Assembly: GCA_965203875.1 (NCBI GenBank)
Contig: OZ241914.1
Location: 1,358,039 to 1,422,038, forward strand
Origin: Bdellovibrionales bacterium
Lineage (GTDB): Bacteria > Bdellovibrionota > Bdellovibrionia > Bdellovibrionales > JAUICD01
DNA length: 64,000 bases
Direction of reading: 5' to 3'
Position 1 is the first letter of the stretch; every line of letters starts with the position of its first letter. This document shows positions 1-10,986 of this stretch, piece by piece. The translations under genes and the position numbers were made by a program. The notes below the pieces were generated by a model. The model made no database searches. It saw only the letters and a list, made by a program, of their open reading frames with translations, and was not told the DNA's origin.

Positions 1-788
1 GATACTACGTCTTTACTGACAACTGACTTTTTATTTTTAGAAACTTGTGTTCTATTAGAAATCTCCCCAATTATTCTGCCATCCACAACAGAAATGGCAT
101 AAAATTTACTATTGATGACAGATTGATTTCGCTTTTTGCTATTGCTGGCAAATTTCAAATTTCCAACCATTACTACATCGTATCCAAATTCCTTGCCCAG
201 TTTAATATAATCACTAGTACTAAATGAAGGTTTGATTAATTTTTGAAGTTTTTTGTCATTTTTTGGACTGGATACTTGAATTTTTCCGCTCGAATCAGAA
301 AATTTATTTTTAACAATATCTACAACTGTTTTTGATAAATCATCCTCAGAATTCAACCACCATGCATGAGCCTGCCCATTTATTGCATCGGTAACACTAA
401 TCATTGGCAAGACACTAAGCTGGCCGTTATCTATCTTAAAAAGACCATCTTGTTTTAAAATTTGTCTTAGGTCATCATAAGAAATTTTAAAAGACACAAC
501 CATTTTATATTCATCACCGTCTTTTAACAAATTACCATTATTGATAACCGGTATGAATCTATTAACCTTTTTTTCTATAATCTTTTTAATTGCACTTTGG
601 TTGCTTCTGTATTTATCTACCCCTACCAAATCTAATATGGCTTCGGATGCAACTTTTTGTGTCATAGATTTTTGTATCTCAGCTTTAGCAAGAGAAGCGT
701 CAACAAGTTTGCTTACACCTTGAAGTGCAACAGTCTCTAAAGCATGTGCATTAGAACAAAATAATAAAATTATACCAAGCAGTCTCAT
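1..788 (-). CDS. Hypothetical secreted protein, partial (3' end runs off the window)
   Basis: My own minus-strand translation from the ATG at 788 (MRLLGIILLFCSNAHALETVALQG...) stays open to position 1. It is missing from the ORF track only because it has no stop in the window. The N-terminus is signal-peptide-like. No family recognised. Confidence 0.5.
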   Translation of the reverse strand, partial: MRLLGIILLFCSNAHALETVALQGVSKLVDASLAKAEIQKSMTQKVASEAILDLVGVDKYRSNQSAIKKIIEKKVNRFIPVINNGNLLKDGDEYKMVVSFKISYDDLRQILKQDGLFKIDNGQLSVLPMISVTDAINGQAHAWWLNSEDDLSKTVVDIVKNKFSDSSGKIQVSSPKNDKKLQKLIKPSFSTSDYIKLGKEFGYDVVMVGNLKFASNSKKRNQSVINSKFYAISVVDGRIIGEISNRTQVSKNKKSVVSKDVV

Positions 789-871
789 AAAACGTTATGA
801 CCAAAATTACCTTTATTGTTCTATCACATCACTACCTAGGTATCAACGGATGTTTAACATTTTGTGTAACT

Positions 872-912
872 AATAAAAAGATTTAAATTGGCTTCATTTA
901 AAATGAGCCAAT
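872..912 (-). terminator. Possible intrinsic terminator downstream of dnaE
   Basis: Imperfect hairpin ttggcttcat (888-897) / atgagccaa (903-911) overlapping the dnaE stop. On the minus strand it is followed by a short T-rich run (plus-strand ataaaaag, 873-880). Confidence 0.35.
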
Positions 913-3900
913 TAAAACACATCAATTGCTCCCAGTCTGGGAATATATGCAAACAATTCATTGATTAATTCTTTATTTGTGTCAACACCAGCAGGATTAT
1001 TTGAAACAACATCCACCGTTTGGCCATGCAATGACAGTCTAAACACTACCTGCTTACTTCCTTTATGTTTTTTCAAAATTTCCCTTATCTCCACAAATTT
1101 AGTGCTATCTTTAGCATCAACGTTCAAACATAAACCAGAAGTATCTGACAATACTTGATCTAAGGTATAAAATTTGTCAGCTATGACCTTAGAGGTTACA
1201 CCTTCATCGTCTGTGTGTGATTCAAAAAATACTATGCTGTCATCCTTGAGTTTATCTTTAATTTCAGAATATAAATTTGAAAATACAACAACTTCAGTAG
1301 TACCTGTCAAATCTTCAACAGAGACAAAAGCCATGACTTTAGCTTTTCTTGTAACTCTCTCGTTTACATTAGTAATTATACCACCTATACGCACAGAACT
1401 GTTGTTACTTGAATTTAATTTAGAAATGTCGTCTTTTGCAAATCTTTTTAAAATCTTCTCAAACCCTTTTAGAGGATGATCTGTAAAGAAAAACCCTAAC
1501 GAATTTTTTTCCTTTAAAAGAGTATCTAACCTGCTCCATCTTTGGCTATCTTTTTCTTTTGCAACAACTGCATCACTAGTATTTTCACCATCGAAAAGAT
1601 TACCCTGTCCTACTTGCCTATCTTTCATTTTTTTATCAGCTCTAGACATTATATGAGTATATGAATCCATAAGCTCGTCTCTAGGTGTATCGAAACAATC
1701 AAATGAGCCAGATAAAATAAGCTGCTCAATACTTTTCTTATTCATAACTTGAGGATCAACTTTTTCAAAAAACTCCATTACATCATTAAAACGACCCAAC
1801 TTGAGTTTCTCTCTAGTTTCTACTATTTTATCAGCCAAATACTTACCTACCATTTTGATAGCACCTAAACCAAAGTAAATTTCATTATCCACAATAGAAA
1901 AATCGTACTCAGACTTATTTATACAAGGTGGTTTAATTGTTATACCGTTTTGTTTAGCATCTCTAATATAGTAAATAATTTTACTTATGTTACCTAATTC
2001 TGCACTAAGCAAAGCCGTGTAAAATTCTAAAGGATAATATTTTTTTAGCCACGCAGTTTGAGCTGTAATTACACAATAAGCAGCAGCATGAGATTTGTTA
2101 AAACCATATTCAGCAAACCTAGCCATTAAATCAAATAGCTCTTCAGACAGTTGTTTGTTGTAGCCATTTTGTAATGCTCCGTTAATAAACCTCTTTTTTT
2201 GAATTTGCATATCTCTTTTATTTTTCTTACCCATAGCTCTTCTTAATATATCAGCTTCACCCAGTGAGTAATTGGCAATTTTATAAGCTATTAATTGAAC
2301 TTGTTCTTGATACACAATAATTCCGTAGGTCGATTTTAAAATATCTTCTAGCTCCTTGAACATATATTTAATTTTTCTATTGTCATGTTTCCTGCTAATG
2401 TATTCATCCAGCATACGCATAGGCCCAGGTCTATACAGAGCATTAATTGCGGTTATGTCGTCAAATGAAGTTGGTTTAACTCTTAAAATCAACTCGGTGA
2501 TACCAGCACTTTCAAACTGAAAAATACCAGCAGTACTACCACTTGATATCATTTTATAAATACCTTCATCGTGTAAAGAAATATCTTTAGTGGTTATATC
2601 CTTGCCTTTGTGTTTTTTAATCAGTTCAAAAGTTCTGTTGATATAGGTAAGAGTCTTTAAACCAAGAAAATCAAACTTTACAAGTCCCATACTTTCAGAT
2701 GATCTCATGTCATACTGAATGATGGTCTCCCCCTCCTTACCCTTATAAAGTGGAGCATGATCGAATAAAGAAATATTAGATATTATAATTCCAGCAGCAT
2801 GCACGCTCACATGGCGATTCAAACCTTCGATCTGTAGTGCTGTATTAATTAACTGATTGATTTTGGGATCTTCTTCCATCATCTCAACTAATCTTGGTTC
2901 TTTTTCTAAAGCACTACTTATTGTGATACCCAGCTCTTCTGGAATTAATCTAGCTACATCATCTACATCAGCATATTCCATGCTCAACACACGACCCACA
3001 TCTCTAATAGCAGCCCTGGCTTGTAATTTTCCATAAGTCATAATTTGAGATACACGATCAGAACCATACTTGTTCACAACATACTCAATTACTTCACTGC
3101 GCCTTTTTCTACAAAAATCTATATCAAAATCAGGTATAGAAACTCTTTGGCTATTTAAAAATCTCTCAAATATTAAATCATGCTTTATGGGATCAAGATC
3201 TGTTATCATAAGACTATAAGCCACAAGACTACCCGCACCTGAACCCCGCCCAGGACCTACAGGAATATTATTTTGCTTAGCCCAATTTATAAAATCTTGC
3301 ACAATTAAAAAGTATCCAACAAATCCTGTTGAATTTATAATTTTAAGTTCACTATCCATCCTTTCATAATAAATATCTTTGTTGTTTACTTTTTCATGCA
3401 AGTTTTCAGCCTCAACAAATCTTTTCTCTAAACCTTCATACGCACACTTTTTTAACGCTTCATACATTGTAGATTTACCGCTAACTTTAAAAGTAGGCAT
3501 GTTATATTTAATCGATCCGTCCTTATTTAAAAACTCAATTTCAAAGTTACACATATTGGCTATTTTTAGAGAATTATCAGTTGCTTTGGGAAAATCTGAA
3601 AATAATTTTTTCATTTCATCAGGAGATTTAAAATAATTTTCCTTAGAAATTCCAAACCTAGAATCACGATCATCTAGAGTTCTGTTAGTGCCTATGCAAC
3701 AGAGCACGTCTCTGGCAAGATGATCTTCTCTACTAGTAAAGTACACATCATTGGTAGCTACCAAAGGAACTTTTTTAGACTCCGATGCTTCAAAAAGAAA
3801 TTCATTAATTTTTTTATTCTCTGGTGAAATGTTTTGCATTTCTAAAAAAATATTGTCGTGATAAACGCTTTTTAAAAAGTCTATTCTCTCAAGAGCACGA

Positions 3901-4346
3901 TCTTTGCCACAGGTTAAAAAATTACTTACAACTTCCCCTCTCATGCCACCTGTTAGACATATCAAATCTTTGGAATATTTTTGCAAAGTTTCATAGTCGA
4001 TCCTAGGTTTATAATAAAACCCTTCTCTATAACCAGTGGTGCTTATCTTACATAGCTCCTGATATCCTTCATAACTTTTAGCAAGCAAAACTAATCTGGT
4101 ATTAGTTTTATTTTTTTTATTAAAACGACCATCAACTGCGATATATACGTCCATGCCTATTATTGGCTTAATCCCATGCTTTTTACATGAGTTATACCAA
4201 TCAATCACGCCAAACATATTTCCGTTGTCAGTAATGGCAGCTGCCGGCATTTTGTATTTCTCACATAATTCTATTAGATCAGAAACTCTGCAACTACTCT
4301 CTAATAATGAATAATGTGTATGTGTGTGCAGGTGTACAAAACTCAT
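912..4346 (-). CDS. dnaE: DNA polymerase III alpha subunit
   Basis: 1144 aa. N-terminal PHP domain (FVHLHTHTHYSLLES), a polymerase core (GRGSGAGSLVAYSL, PDFDIDF) and a C-terminal OB region, with full-length DnaE architecture. Confidence 0.97.
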   Translation of the reverse strand: MSFVHLHTHTHYSLLESSCRVSDLIELCEKYKMPAAAITDNGNMFGVIDWYNSCKKHGIKPIIGMDVYIAVDGRFNKKNKTNTRLVLLAKSYEGYQELCKISTTGYREGFYYKPRIDYETLQKYSKDLICLTGGMRGEVVSNFLTCGKDRALERIDFLKSVYHDNIFLEMQNISPENKKINEFLFEASESKKVPLVATNDVYFTSREDHLARDVLCCIGTNRTLDDRDSRFGISKENYFKSPDEMKKLFSDFPKATDNSLKIANMCNFEIEFLNKDGSIKYNMPTFKVSGKSTMYEALKKCAYEGLEKRFVEAENLHEKVNNKDIYYERMDSELKIINSTGFVGYFLIVQDFINWAKQNNIPVGPGRGSGAGSLVAYSLMITDLDPIKHDLIFERFLNSQRVSIPDFDIDFCRKRRSEVIEYVVNKYGSDRVSQIMTYGKLQARAAIRDVGRVLSMEYADVDDVARLIPEELGITISSALEKEPRLVEMMEEDPKINQLINTALQIEGLNRHVSVHAAGIIISNISLFDHAPLYKGKEGETIIQYDMRSSESMGLVKFDFLGLKTLTYINRTFELIKKHKGKDITTKDISLHDEGIYKMISSGSTAGIFQFESAGITELILRVKPTSFDDITAINALYRPGPMRMLDEYISRKHDNRKIKYMFKELEDILKSTYGIIVYQEQVQLIAYKIANYSLGEADILRRAMGKKNKRDMQIQKKRFINGALQNGYNKQLSEELFDLMARFAEYGFNKSHAAAYCVITAQTAWLKKYYPLEFYTALLSAELGNISKIIYYIRDAKQNGITIKPPCINKSEYDFSIVDNEIYFGLGAIKMVGKYLADKIVETREKLKLGRFNDVMEFFEKVDPQVMNKKSIEQLILSGSFDCFDTPRDELMDSYTHIMSRADKKMKDRQVGQGNLFDGENTSDAVVAKEKDSQRWSRLDTLLKEKNSLGFFFTDHPLKGFEKILKRFAKDDISKLNSSNNSSVRIGGIITNVNERVTRKAKVMAFVSVEDLTGTTEVVVFSNLYSEIKDKLKDDSIVFFESHTDDEGVTSKVIADKFYTLDQVLSDTSGLCLNVDAKDSTKFVEIREILKKHKGSKQVVFRLSLHGQTVDVVSNNPAGVDTNKELINELFAYIPRLGAIDVF

Positions 4347-4347
4347 A

Positions 4348-5832
4348 TCACTCCCACTCTATAGTACTTGGTGGTTTGGATGTTACGTCGTATAAAACCC
4401 TGTTGATGCCAGGTACATTATTTACTATTAGGTTAGAAACTTTTTTCATAAATTTGGGATCAAATTCATACCAATCAGCAGTCATGCCATCATCGGATAC
4501 AACAGCTCTGATACAAATAGTATACTCATACGATCTTTTATCGCCCTGAACTCCCACTGTTTTGACAGGAATCAAAACACAAAAAGCTTGCCATATTTTA
4601 TCATATAAACCATCTTTTTTAAGTGCATCTATAAAAACTTTATCTGCTCTTTTTAAAATAGATAATTTTTCATAAGTCACTTCACCTGGTATTCTTACAG
4701 CAAGGCCGGGGCCAGGAAATGGATGCCTTTTTAATATCCAGTTAGGTATACCAAGTGTAAGACCCAGTTTACGCACTTCATCTTTAAACAAAGATTTTAG
4801 TGGCTCAAGTAAGTTGATACCTAAAACTTTAGGCAAACCTCCTACATTATGGTGGCTTTTTATAACTGCACCACCACTTTCTATTACGTCAGGATATAAT
4901 GTTCCCTGAGACAACCATTTATAGTGTCTGTCTTTTGTAAAATTCTTAAAAGTGTCAATAAAAGTTTTGCCTATTATTTTTCTCTTTTCTTCTGGATCAG
5001 TTACACCTCTAAGAGCTTGAATAAAATCTTTCTTTGCATCTATCACGTGAATATCTATTTTTAGCTTCTTATAAATGTCTACAACTTCTTCCGGCTCACC
5101 TTCTCTTAAAAGGCCATTATCTACAAATACAAAGGATACTTGGTTACCTAACTTTTTTTTAAGTACACATGCAGTGACAGTGGAATCAACGCCACCGCTC
5201 ACCGCACACAGAACTTTGTCATCTAGTTTAACGGTCTGTTCTATTTTTTTATAAATATTTTGATTGATGTTTTGCTCTGGCTTTATTTTTGCTACTTCAA
5301 ATAAAAAATACTTTAGTACCTCAGAACCATATTCGGTGTGGGTAACTTCTGGATGAAATTGTACAGCCATAACCCTGCCATTTGTCATAGCAGCAATGAC
5401 TCCATCTTGACTTTTGGCAGAAACTTCAAAACCAGAGGGAATATTAATTACACTATCTCTGTGACTCATCCAAACATTATGTTCCTTTGGTACTCCCTTA
5501 GGCGGCTGAAGGTTCCAAATAATTCTTTGCATACCAAACTCTGAACTACCGCCAGTTTCAACCGAACCACCAAACTGCTTTGCTATCAAATGCATGCCAT
5601 AGCAAACTCCAAACACATAAGTACGTTTACACAATTCTTTTATGTCTATGGTTTTATCTAATAAAACACAACCAGGGCCTCCGCTTAATATAACTACCTC
5701 CGGTTTTAGTTTATCTAAAGTATTATCGGACCAGGAGTTATGATGAATAACCTCTGAATGCACCCCAAGCTGGCTAATTCTTCTGGATATTAGCCTGGTA
5801 TACTGAGACCCAAAATCTAAGACTAGAACCAA
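4348..5832 (-). CDS. guaA: GMP synthase (glutamine-hydrolysing)
   Basis: GATase-1 N-terminal domain plus an ATP-PPase P-loop (SGGVDSTV) and the typical C-terminal end ...PPSTIEWE. TTG start preceded by GGAGG. Confidence 0.95.
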   Translation of the reverse strand: MVLVLDFGSQYTRLISRRISQLGVHSEVIHHNSWSDNTLDKLKPEVVILSGGPGCVLLDKTIDIKELCKRTYVFGVCYGMHLIAKQFGGSVETGGSSEFGMQRIIWNLQPPKGVPKEHNVWMSHRDSVINIPSGFEVSAKSQDGVIAAMTNGRVMAVQFHPEVTHTEYGSEVLKYFLFEVAKIKPEQNINQNIYKKIEQTVKLDDKVLCAVSGGVDSTVTACVLKKKLGNQVSFVFVDNGLLREGEPEEVVDIYKKLKIDIHVIDAKKDFIQALRGVTDPEEKRKIIGKTFIDTFKNFTKDRHYKWLSQGTLYPDVIESGGAVIKSHHNVGGLPKVLGINLLEPLKSLFKDEVRKLGLTLGIPNWILKRHPFPGPGLAVRIPGEVTYEKLSILKRADKVFIDALKKDGLYDKIWQAFCVLIPVKTVGVQGDKRSYEYTICIRAVVSDDGMTADWYEFDPKFMKKVSNLIVNNVPGINRVLYDVTSKPPSTIEWE

Positions 5833-5843
5833 TGAACCTCCAC

Positions 5844-7301
5844 CTAGTTTATACCTTGTCTGTAATTTGGAGCTTCCTTAGTTATCATCACATCGTGTAC
5901 ATGAGATTCAATAAAACCTTGGTGACTTATCTGTACAAATTCAGCTTTGCTTTGAAGTTCTAAAATAGTTTTGGCACCCAAATAACCCATACCTGATTTT
6001 AAACCTCCAACTAACTGATGTATTACACCGCTAGCAGAACCTCTGTATGGAACTTGACTTTCTATTCCCTCAGGAATAGGTTTGCCAACACTAGAATCTT
6101 GGTTATACCTATTAGCACCACCAGTTTTCATAGCACCTACACTCCCCATACCTCGATACACTTTATAAGTTTTACCTTGATAAAGAACGGTTTCACCCAA
6201 AGCTTCATCTGTTCCAGCAAGTAAACTACCTACCATTACCGCATTAGCACCCAAAGCAAGTGCCTTGGTAATATCCCCAGAATACTTAATTCCGCCGTCA
6301 GCAATAATAGAAACATTACGTTTTTTTGCAACACCTGCACAATTACAAATAGCAGACACTTGAGGTACACCAACTCCAGCTATAACTCTTGTGGTACACA
6401 CACTACCTGGGCCTACACCAACTTTGATAATATCTGCACCAGCATCTATTAAATCACTAGTTGCATTTTTGGTTACAACATTTCCAGCCACGATCACTGC
6501 ATCTTTGCTTTTGGCTTTTATATATTTAATCATTTTTATTACAGCTTTAGAATGGCCGTGTGCTTTGTCGATAACTAAAATGTCATTGCCTACGCTAATC
6601 AACTCGTCTACCCTGCTATACGATTCTGGATCAGTTCCAACCGCAGCACCTGATAATAAACGTCCGTGGGTATCTTTAGATGCATTTGGATATTTACGAG
6701 CTTTTTCTATATCTTTTACAGTTATTAAACCTTTAAGCTTCCCACTTTTATCTACCACAGGTAATTTTTCTATTCTGTATTTTCTAAGTTCTTTTTCTGC
6801 ATCTACAATAGTAGTACCCACTTTAGCTGTAATCAGATTGTCCTTGGTCATAACATTTGAAATAGGTTGATCTATGTTGGTTTCAAATCTTAAATCTCTG
6901 TTGGTTAATATACCTACCAAGTTCTGTTTTACTGTTATAGGAACACCACTTATTTTATACTCTTTCATCAAGTTTAAAGCTTCAGAGACTGGTGCATCTG
7001 GAGGCAAAGTTAAAGGGTCTTGTATCATTCCACTTTCGTATTTTTTTACCTTAGAAACTTCCAAAGCCTGTTCTTCTACGCCCAAATTTCTATGTATCAC
7101 ACCAAAACCACCATTTTGAGCCATAACAACAGCAATTTTATGATCAGTCACAGTGTCCATAGCAGAAGAAATTATTGGAACATTTAAATATATATCTTTT
7201 GCAAGATTAACCTTAGTACTCACTTCAGAAGGATTGATTTCAGAATATTGAGGTACCAGTAAAATATCATCAAACGTTAAAGTATTTTTTAAGTTATCCA
7301 A
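5844..7301 (-). CDS. guaB: IMP dehydrogenase
   Basis: 485 aa with a CBS pair inserted in a TIM barrel, the catalytic loop [11 protein letters not shown] and GGIKYSGDI. Confidence 0.95.
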   Translation of the reverse strand: MDNLKNTLTFDDILLVPQYSEINPSEVSTKVNLAKDIYLNVPIISSAMDTVTDHKIAVVMAQNGGFGVIHRNLGVEEQALEVSKVKKYESGMIQDPLTLPPDAPVSEALNLMKEYKISGVPITVKQNLVGILTNRDLRFETNIDQPISNVMTKDNLITAKVGTTIVDAEKELRKYRIEKLPVVDKSGKLKGLITVKDIEKARKYPNASKDTHGRLLSGAAVGTDPESYSRVDELISVGNDILVIDKAHGHSKAVIKMIKYIKAKSKDAVIVAGNVVTKNATSDLIDAGADIIKVGVGPGSVCTTRVIAGVGVPQVSAICNCAGVAKKRNVSIIADGGIKYSGDITKALALGANAVMVGSLLAGTDEALGETVLYQGKTYKVYRGMGSVGAMKTGGANRYNQDSSVGKPIPEGIESQVPYRGSASGVIHQLVGGLKSGMGYLGAKTILELQSKAEFVQISHQGFIESHVHDVMITKEAPNYRQGIN

Positions 7302-7794
7302 ATTTATTCTCCTTGTACCACGAAGAGTACATTACGTAGTTATCAGCAGATTTTTTTAAAAATTCTAACTCTTGTTTGTTTAACTTACGAACCACCTTAG
7401 CAGGACGACCCAAAATTAAAACACCTTCATCAAAAACACTTCCTTGAGTTATCAAACTTCCAGCACCTACAATAGAGTTTTTCTCAATCACAACATTATC
7501 CATTACAATGCTGCCCATACCTATAAGACAGGTAGATTTGACCTGACACCCATGTAATATAACAGCATGCCCTACGGTTACATTATCACCTAGTACCACA
7601 CCACATTTTTTATAAGTGCCATGGAATACACAGTTGTCCTGAATATTTGTTCTATTACCAACAACTATCGGAAAAACATCACCTCTTAAAACCGCACCAA
7701 ACCAAACAGAGGAATCATCACCTATGCTCACATCTCCTATCACCCGAGCCGTGTCTGCCACAAAAGCACTTTTAGAGACTTTGCTAGCTTGCAA
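7294..7794 (-). CDS. Gamma-carbonic-anhydrase-like left-handed beta-helix (hexapeptide repeat) protein
   Basis: 166 aa with hexapeptide repeats throughout and a YrdA/PaaY-like pattern (IGDDSSVWFGAVLRGD...GHAVILHGC). Confidence 0.8.
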   Translation of the reverse strand: MQASKVSKSAFVADTARVIGDVSIGDDSSVWFGAVLRGDVFPIVVGNRTNIQDNCVFHGTYKKCGVVLGDNVTVGHAVILHGCQVKSTCLIGMGSIVMDNVVIEKNSIVGAGSLITQGSVFDEGVLILGRPAKVVRKLNKQELEFLKKSADNYVMYSSWYKENKFG

Positions 7795-9109
7795 TTAAAA
7801 CTCCTTTTGCATTATGTGAATGAGATTTATCAATTCTAACTCGCACGGTTTGCCCTATAAGATCTTTATCACTTTTAAAATGAACGATTTTATTCTTGGT
7901 GGTTCTGCCAAAGTGGTTACCTTTTTTGTCAACACCTTCTACTAAAATATCACAAGTTTTATCTAGATAATCTAAAGCAATCTTTTGTGCAATTTGATCA
8001 TGCTTTTCAAAGAGCTTTGATAATCGTTTTGATTTGTCCGCATCCGTTAATTGATCATCATAAAGCCTAGCTTTAGTAAATGGCCTTGGACTATATTTAA
8101 ATGCAAATAAAGTTTCATAGGGCACTTCGTCTAACAAACTAAGAGTGTCTTCAAACTGACTATCTGTCTCTCCAGGAAATCCAACAATGATATCAGTAGA
8201 CAGGGCTACACCTGGAAGATCTTTTAAAATCATACTAACTTTATCCATATATTCTTGCCTGGTATAACCCCTGTTCATCCTATCCAGAACTTTGGAGTTT
8301 CCAGATTGAACAGGTAGATGTATGTAATCACAAATTCTAGGTCTGTACTCAGCCATTACATCGACCAGCTCTTGGTCAAAATCTTTAGGATGACTAGTGG
8401 TGTATCGGATTCGCTCTACGCTGGTTTTTTCACACACAAGTTTTAATAAATTAGCAAAGTTTTTGTTATTTTCAGAAAGATAGGAATTAACATTCTGACC
8501 AAGTAAAGTTACCTCTTTAATCCCTCTTTTTACTAAGGCGTTTATGTCATCCACGATTTCCATCTCGCATCTGCTTCTCAATCTACCTCTGGTAAAGGGA
8601 ACCACACAAAAAGTGCAAAAATTATCACACCCCTTGGTTATGTTCACAAACGCACTTACACCAGGATTTCTGATCAATGTAGACGTAGTATACTTATCCC
8701 GATTATGTAGCCTGGCTTTTGATACTCTGGATTTTTTTGCATCACATATAATTGAAGGCAGCTCATCTATGTTGTCAGGGCCGAATACAAAGTCCAACAA
8801 AGGAATGTCCTTTAAAAGTTTGGATTTTTCCTGCTGCCCAACACACCCGCCAACACCAATCAAAAGTTCAGGCTTATTAGATTTAAGCTCCCTATACCTA
8901 CCAATCTCACTATAAATCTTATGAACAGGCTTTTCTCTAACACTACACGAATTTAATATAATCAAGCTGGCCAACTTAGGTGACGTAACAGGAGTGTAAT
9001 TTTCCATCTCCAGAATACAATACATCCTCTCGCTGTCAGCTACGTTCATCTGACAACCATAAGTGGAAATGAATACACCTAGAGGATCAGAAGCTATAGA
9101 ACTACCCAT
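7784..9109 (-). CDS. miaB: tRNA (i6A37) methylthiotransferase
   Basis: N-terminal TYGCQMNVADSE, a radical-SAM CDNFCTFCVVP motif and a C-terminal TRAM-like end. Confidence 0.88.
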   Translation of the reverse strand: MGSSIASDPLGVFISTYGCQMNVADSERMYCILEMENYTPVTSPKLASLIILNSCSVREKPVHKIYSEIGRYRELKSNKPELLIGVGGCVGQQEKSKLLKDIPLLDFVFGPDNIDELPSIICDAKKSRVSKARLHNRDKYTTSTLIRNPGVSAFVNITKGCDNFCTFCVVPFTRGRLRSRCEMEIVDDINALVKRGIKEVTLLGQNVNSYLSENNKNFANLLKLVCEKTSVERIRYTTSHPKDFDQELVDVMAEYRPRICDYIHLPVQSGNSKVLDRMNRGYTRQEYMDKVSMILKDLPGVALSTDIIVGFPGETDSQFEDTLSLLDEVPYETLFAFKYSPRPFTKARLYDDQLTDADKSKRLSKLFEKHDQIAQKIALDYLDKTCDILVEGVDKKGNHFGRTTKNKIVHFKSDKDLIGQTVRVRIDKSHSHNAKGVLIAS

Positions 9110-9152
9110 GCATAATCCATACAGCCAACCAAGTTATTTATCAAATACAAAA

Positions 9153-9578
9153 TTACCGCTTAGAGTATTGGAATCTCTTTCTGGCACCACGCAGACCGTA
9201 TTTTTTACGCTCCACCATTCTGGCATCTCTGGTTAAAAAACCCATTTTTTTGAACTCACCTCTAAGCTCAGGATCTAGCTCCACCAACGCTCTAGAAAGA
9301 CCATGTCTTATAGCACCAGCCTGCCCAGATTCACCGCCCCCAGATACTGTTATTTTTATATCCACCTTACCCATCAGCTTAGACAACATCAAAGGCTCCA
9401 GAGCCTGGTACACCGAAGTTTTTCTCTTTAAATATTGATCCATAGGTTTTTTATTAACGGTCATAGAACCTGGATTATTTTTTAGAAACACTCTGGCAGA
9501 ACTGGTCTTCCTCCTACCAGTTGCGTAATAAGTTTTGGTAGTTTCTTTTGATGTCTGTGTAGTCTTTCTAGTAGTCAT
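9153..9578 (-). CDS. rpsI: 30S ribosomal protein S9
   Basis: [16 protein letters not shown] ... [18 protein letters not shown], the canonical S9 C-terminus. Confidence 0.95.
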   Translation of the reverse strand: MTTRKTTQTSKETTKTYYATGRRKTSSARVFLKNNPGSMTVNKKPMDQYLKRKTSVYQALEPLMLSKLMGKVDIKITVSGGGESGQAGAIRHGLSRALVELDPELRGEFKKMGFLTRDARMVERKKYGLRGARKRFQYSKR

Positions 9579-9582
9579 AACT

Positions 9583-10026
9583 CTATCCTAAAATAGCCGG
9601 CTTCTGTGCTTTGTGAGGATGTTCGCTATCAGCGTACACCTTTAGTTTTTTAAAAATCATATTGGCAAGCTTATTTTTAGGTAACATGCCTTTGACAGCT
9701 TTATACACCACTTGCTCTGGCTTTGTATCCAAAAATCTTCCTGCACTTTTTTGCTTTACACTACCTACATACCTAGAACTAGTGTAATAAATTTTGTTTT
9801 TTAACTTTTGACCCGTAAGCTTTACTTTACTGGCATTTATTACAACAACAAAATCCCCTGTGTCTACATGAGGAGTATAAGTAGGCTTATCCTTTCCTCT
9901 TAAAACATTGGAAACTTTGGTAGCAAGTCTACCCAAAGTTTGACCACTGGCATCCACCAAGTACCACTTTCGCTTGTTTATGTACTCAGAAGCCCTTGCA
10001 CTATAAGTTTTAAAATTACTCATCAA
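9583..10026 (-). CDS. rplM: 50S ribosomal protein L13
   Basis: [19 protein letters not shown]..., in the conserved rplM-rpsI pair. Confidence 0.95.
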   Translation of the reverse strand: MMSNFKTYSARASEYINKRKWYLVDASGQTLGRLATKVSNVLRGKDKPTYTPHVDTGDFVVVINASKVKLTGQKLKNKIYYTSSRYVGSVKQKSAGRFLDTKPEQVVYKAVKGMLPKNKLANMIFKKLKVYADSEHPHKAQKPAILG

Positions 10027-10096
10027 GCAAGGGTTCTACCCAAAAACTACATGTGGTGTCAACAACAATGACTTAAGACATATGATTAAACTATAA

Positions 10097-10561
10097 TTAA
10101 AACAAAAGATTCAAATCTGGGCATTCTTCTAGAATTAAATCAAACGCTTTTTTCTGAATATCAAACATAATCTTTTCTTTTTCACCACCACACTCATGTT
10201 CATAACCTAGAAGGTGTAATATTCCATGCAACATCAAAAACACTACCTCTTTTATAAATGGTTCTTTTATAACATCTACACACAGTACAATCTCTCCCAG
10301 TGATCCAGCTTCTATACCTTCAAAGCTCAGCACATCTGTAGGTCCGTCTACCTTCCTAAATTTTTTATTAAGATATGCCATGTCGGACTTATTACTAAAT
10401 ACTACTATTAGGCTTCTAAATTTATCAGGTATCTCAACGCCCAGCTTCCTTAAAACCACCGTTATATTAGTCGCATGCCAAGATATTATAGTATCTGAGA
10501 CATTGCGATCGCTCCGATTAACCACAAATATTTCCACTAACCTTAAGTTATTCTTGACCAT
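10097..10561 (-). CDS. ybeY: rRNA maturation endoribonuclease YbeY
   Basis: 154 aa with the zinc motif HGILHLLGYEH. Confidence 0.85.
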   Translation of the reverse strand: MVKNNLRLVEIFVVNRSDRNVSDTIISWHATNITVVLRKLGVEIPDKFRSLIVVFSNKSDMAYLNKKFRKVDGPTDVLSFEGIEAGSLGEIVLCVDVIKEPFIKEVVFLMLHGILHLLGYEHECGGEKEKIMFDIQKKAFDLILEECPDLNLLF

Positions 10562-10593
10562 GTGGTTTGTGAAGTGATTATGCTAAGCTCTAA

Positions 10594-10986
10594 ATGCAAA
10601 CTCCACCTAAAAATTTAAGAAACTTCAAATCTCTAGTGAAGATATTCCAAATCTTACATGGTCCAAACGGCTGCCCCTGGGATAAGGCTCAAACTCACAA
10701 GAGCTTGACTAAATATATTAAAGAAGAATCAAACGAACTGGTAGAGGCAGTAGAGTCTGGCAATATTGAACACATTATTGAAGAGTTAGGTGATGTACTC
10801 CTTTTGGTAATGTTGAATGCAGAAATTGCCAAAAAAGAAGGTAATTTTGACATATATGACGTTATAGAAAAATTAAGTAAAAAGCTTATACACAGACATC
10901 CACACGTGTTCTCAGATAAAAAAATATCCACTCCAAAAGAAGCTTTAAAAACTTGGAATGATCAAAAAAAGTTGGAAGAATGTTAG
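10594..10986 (+). CDS. mazG: MazG-type nucleoside triphosphate pyrophosphohydrolase
   Basis: 130 aa; CPWDKAQTHKSL..EESNEL..A.....EELGDVLL...HRHPHVF is the MazG fold signature. Confidence 0.8.
   Translation: MQTPPKNLRNFKSLVKIFQILHGPNGCPWDKAQTHKSLTKYIKEESNELVEAVESGNIEHIIEELGDVLLLVMLNAEIAKKEGNFDIYDVIEKLSKKLIHRHPHVFSDKKISTPKEALKTWNDQKKLEEC

Noticed and set aside
6391-6870. Many 60-160-aa ORFs in the track lie antisense or out of frame within long genes. Examples are 6391..6870, 8544..8915, 12808..13134, 16303..16665, 17720..18151, 30670..31116, 32193..32597, 44135..44515, 45323..45793 and 59730..60119.
   Set aside because: They are fully embedded in well-supported genes and have low-complexity, Ser/Leu/Phe-rich translations typical of the antisense strand of AT-rich coding DNA. 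No motifs were seen.
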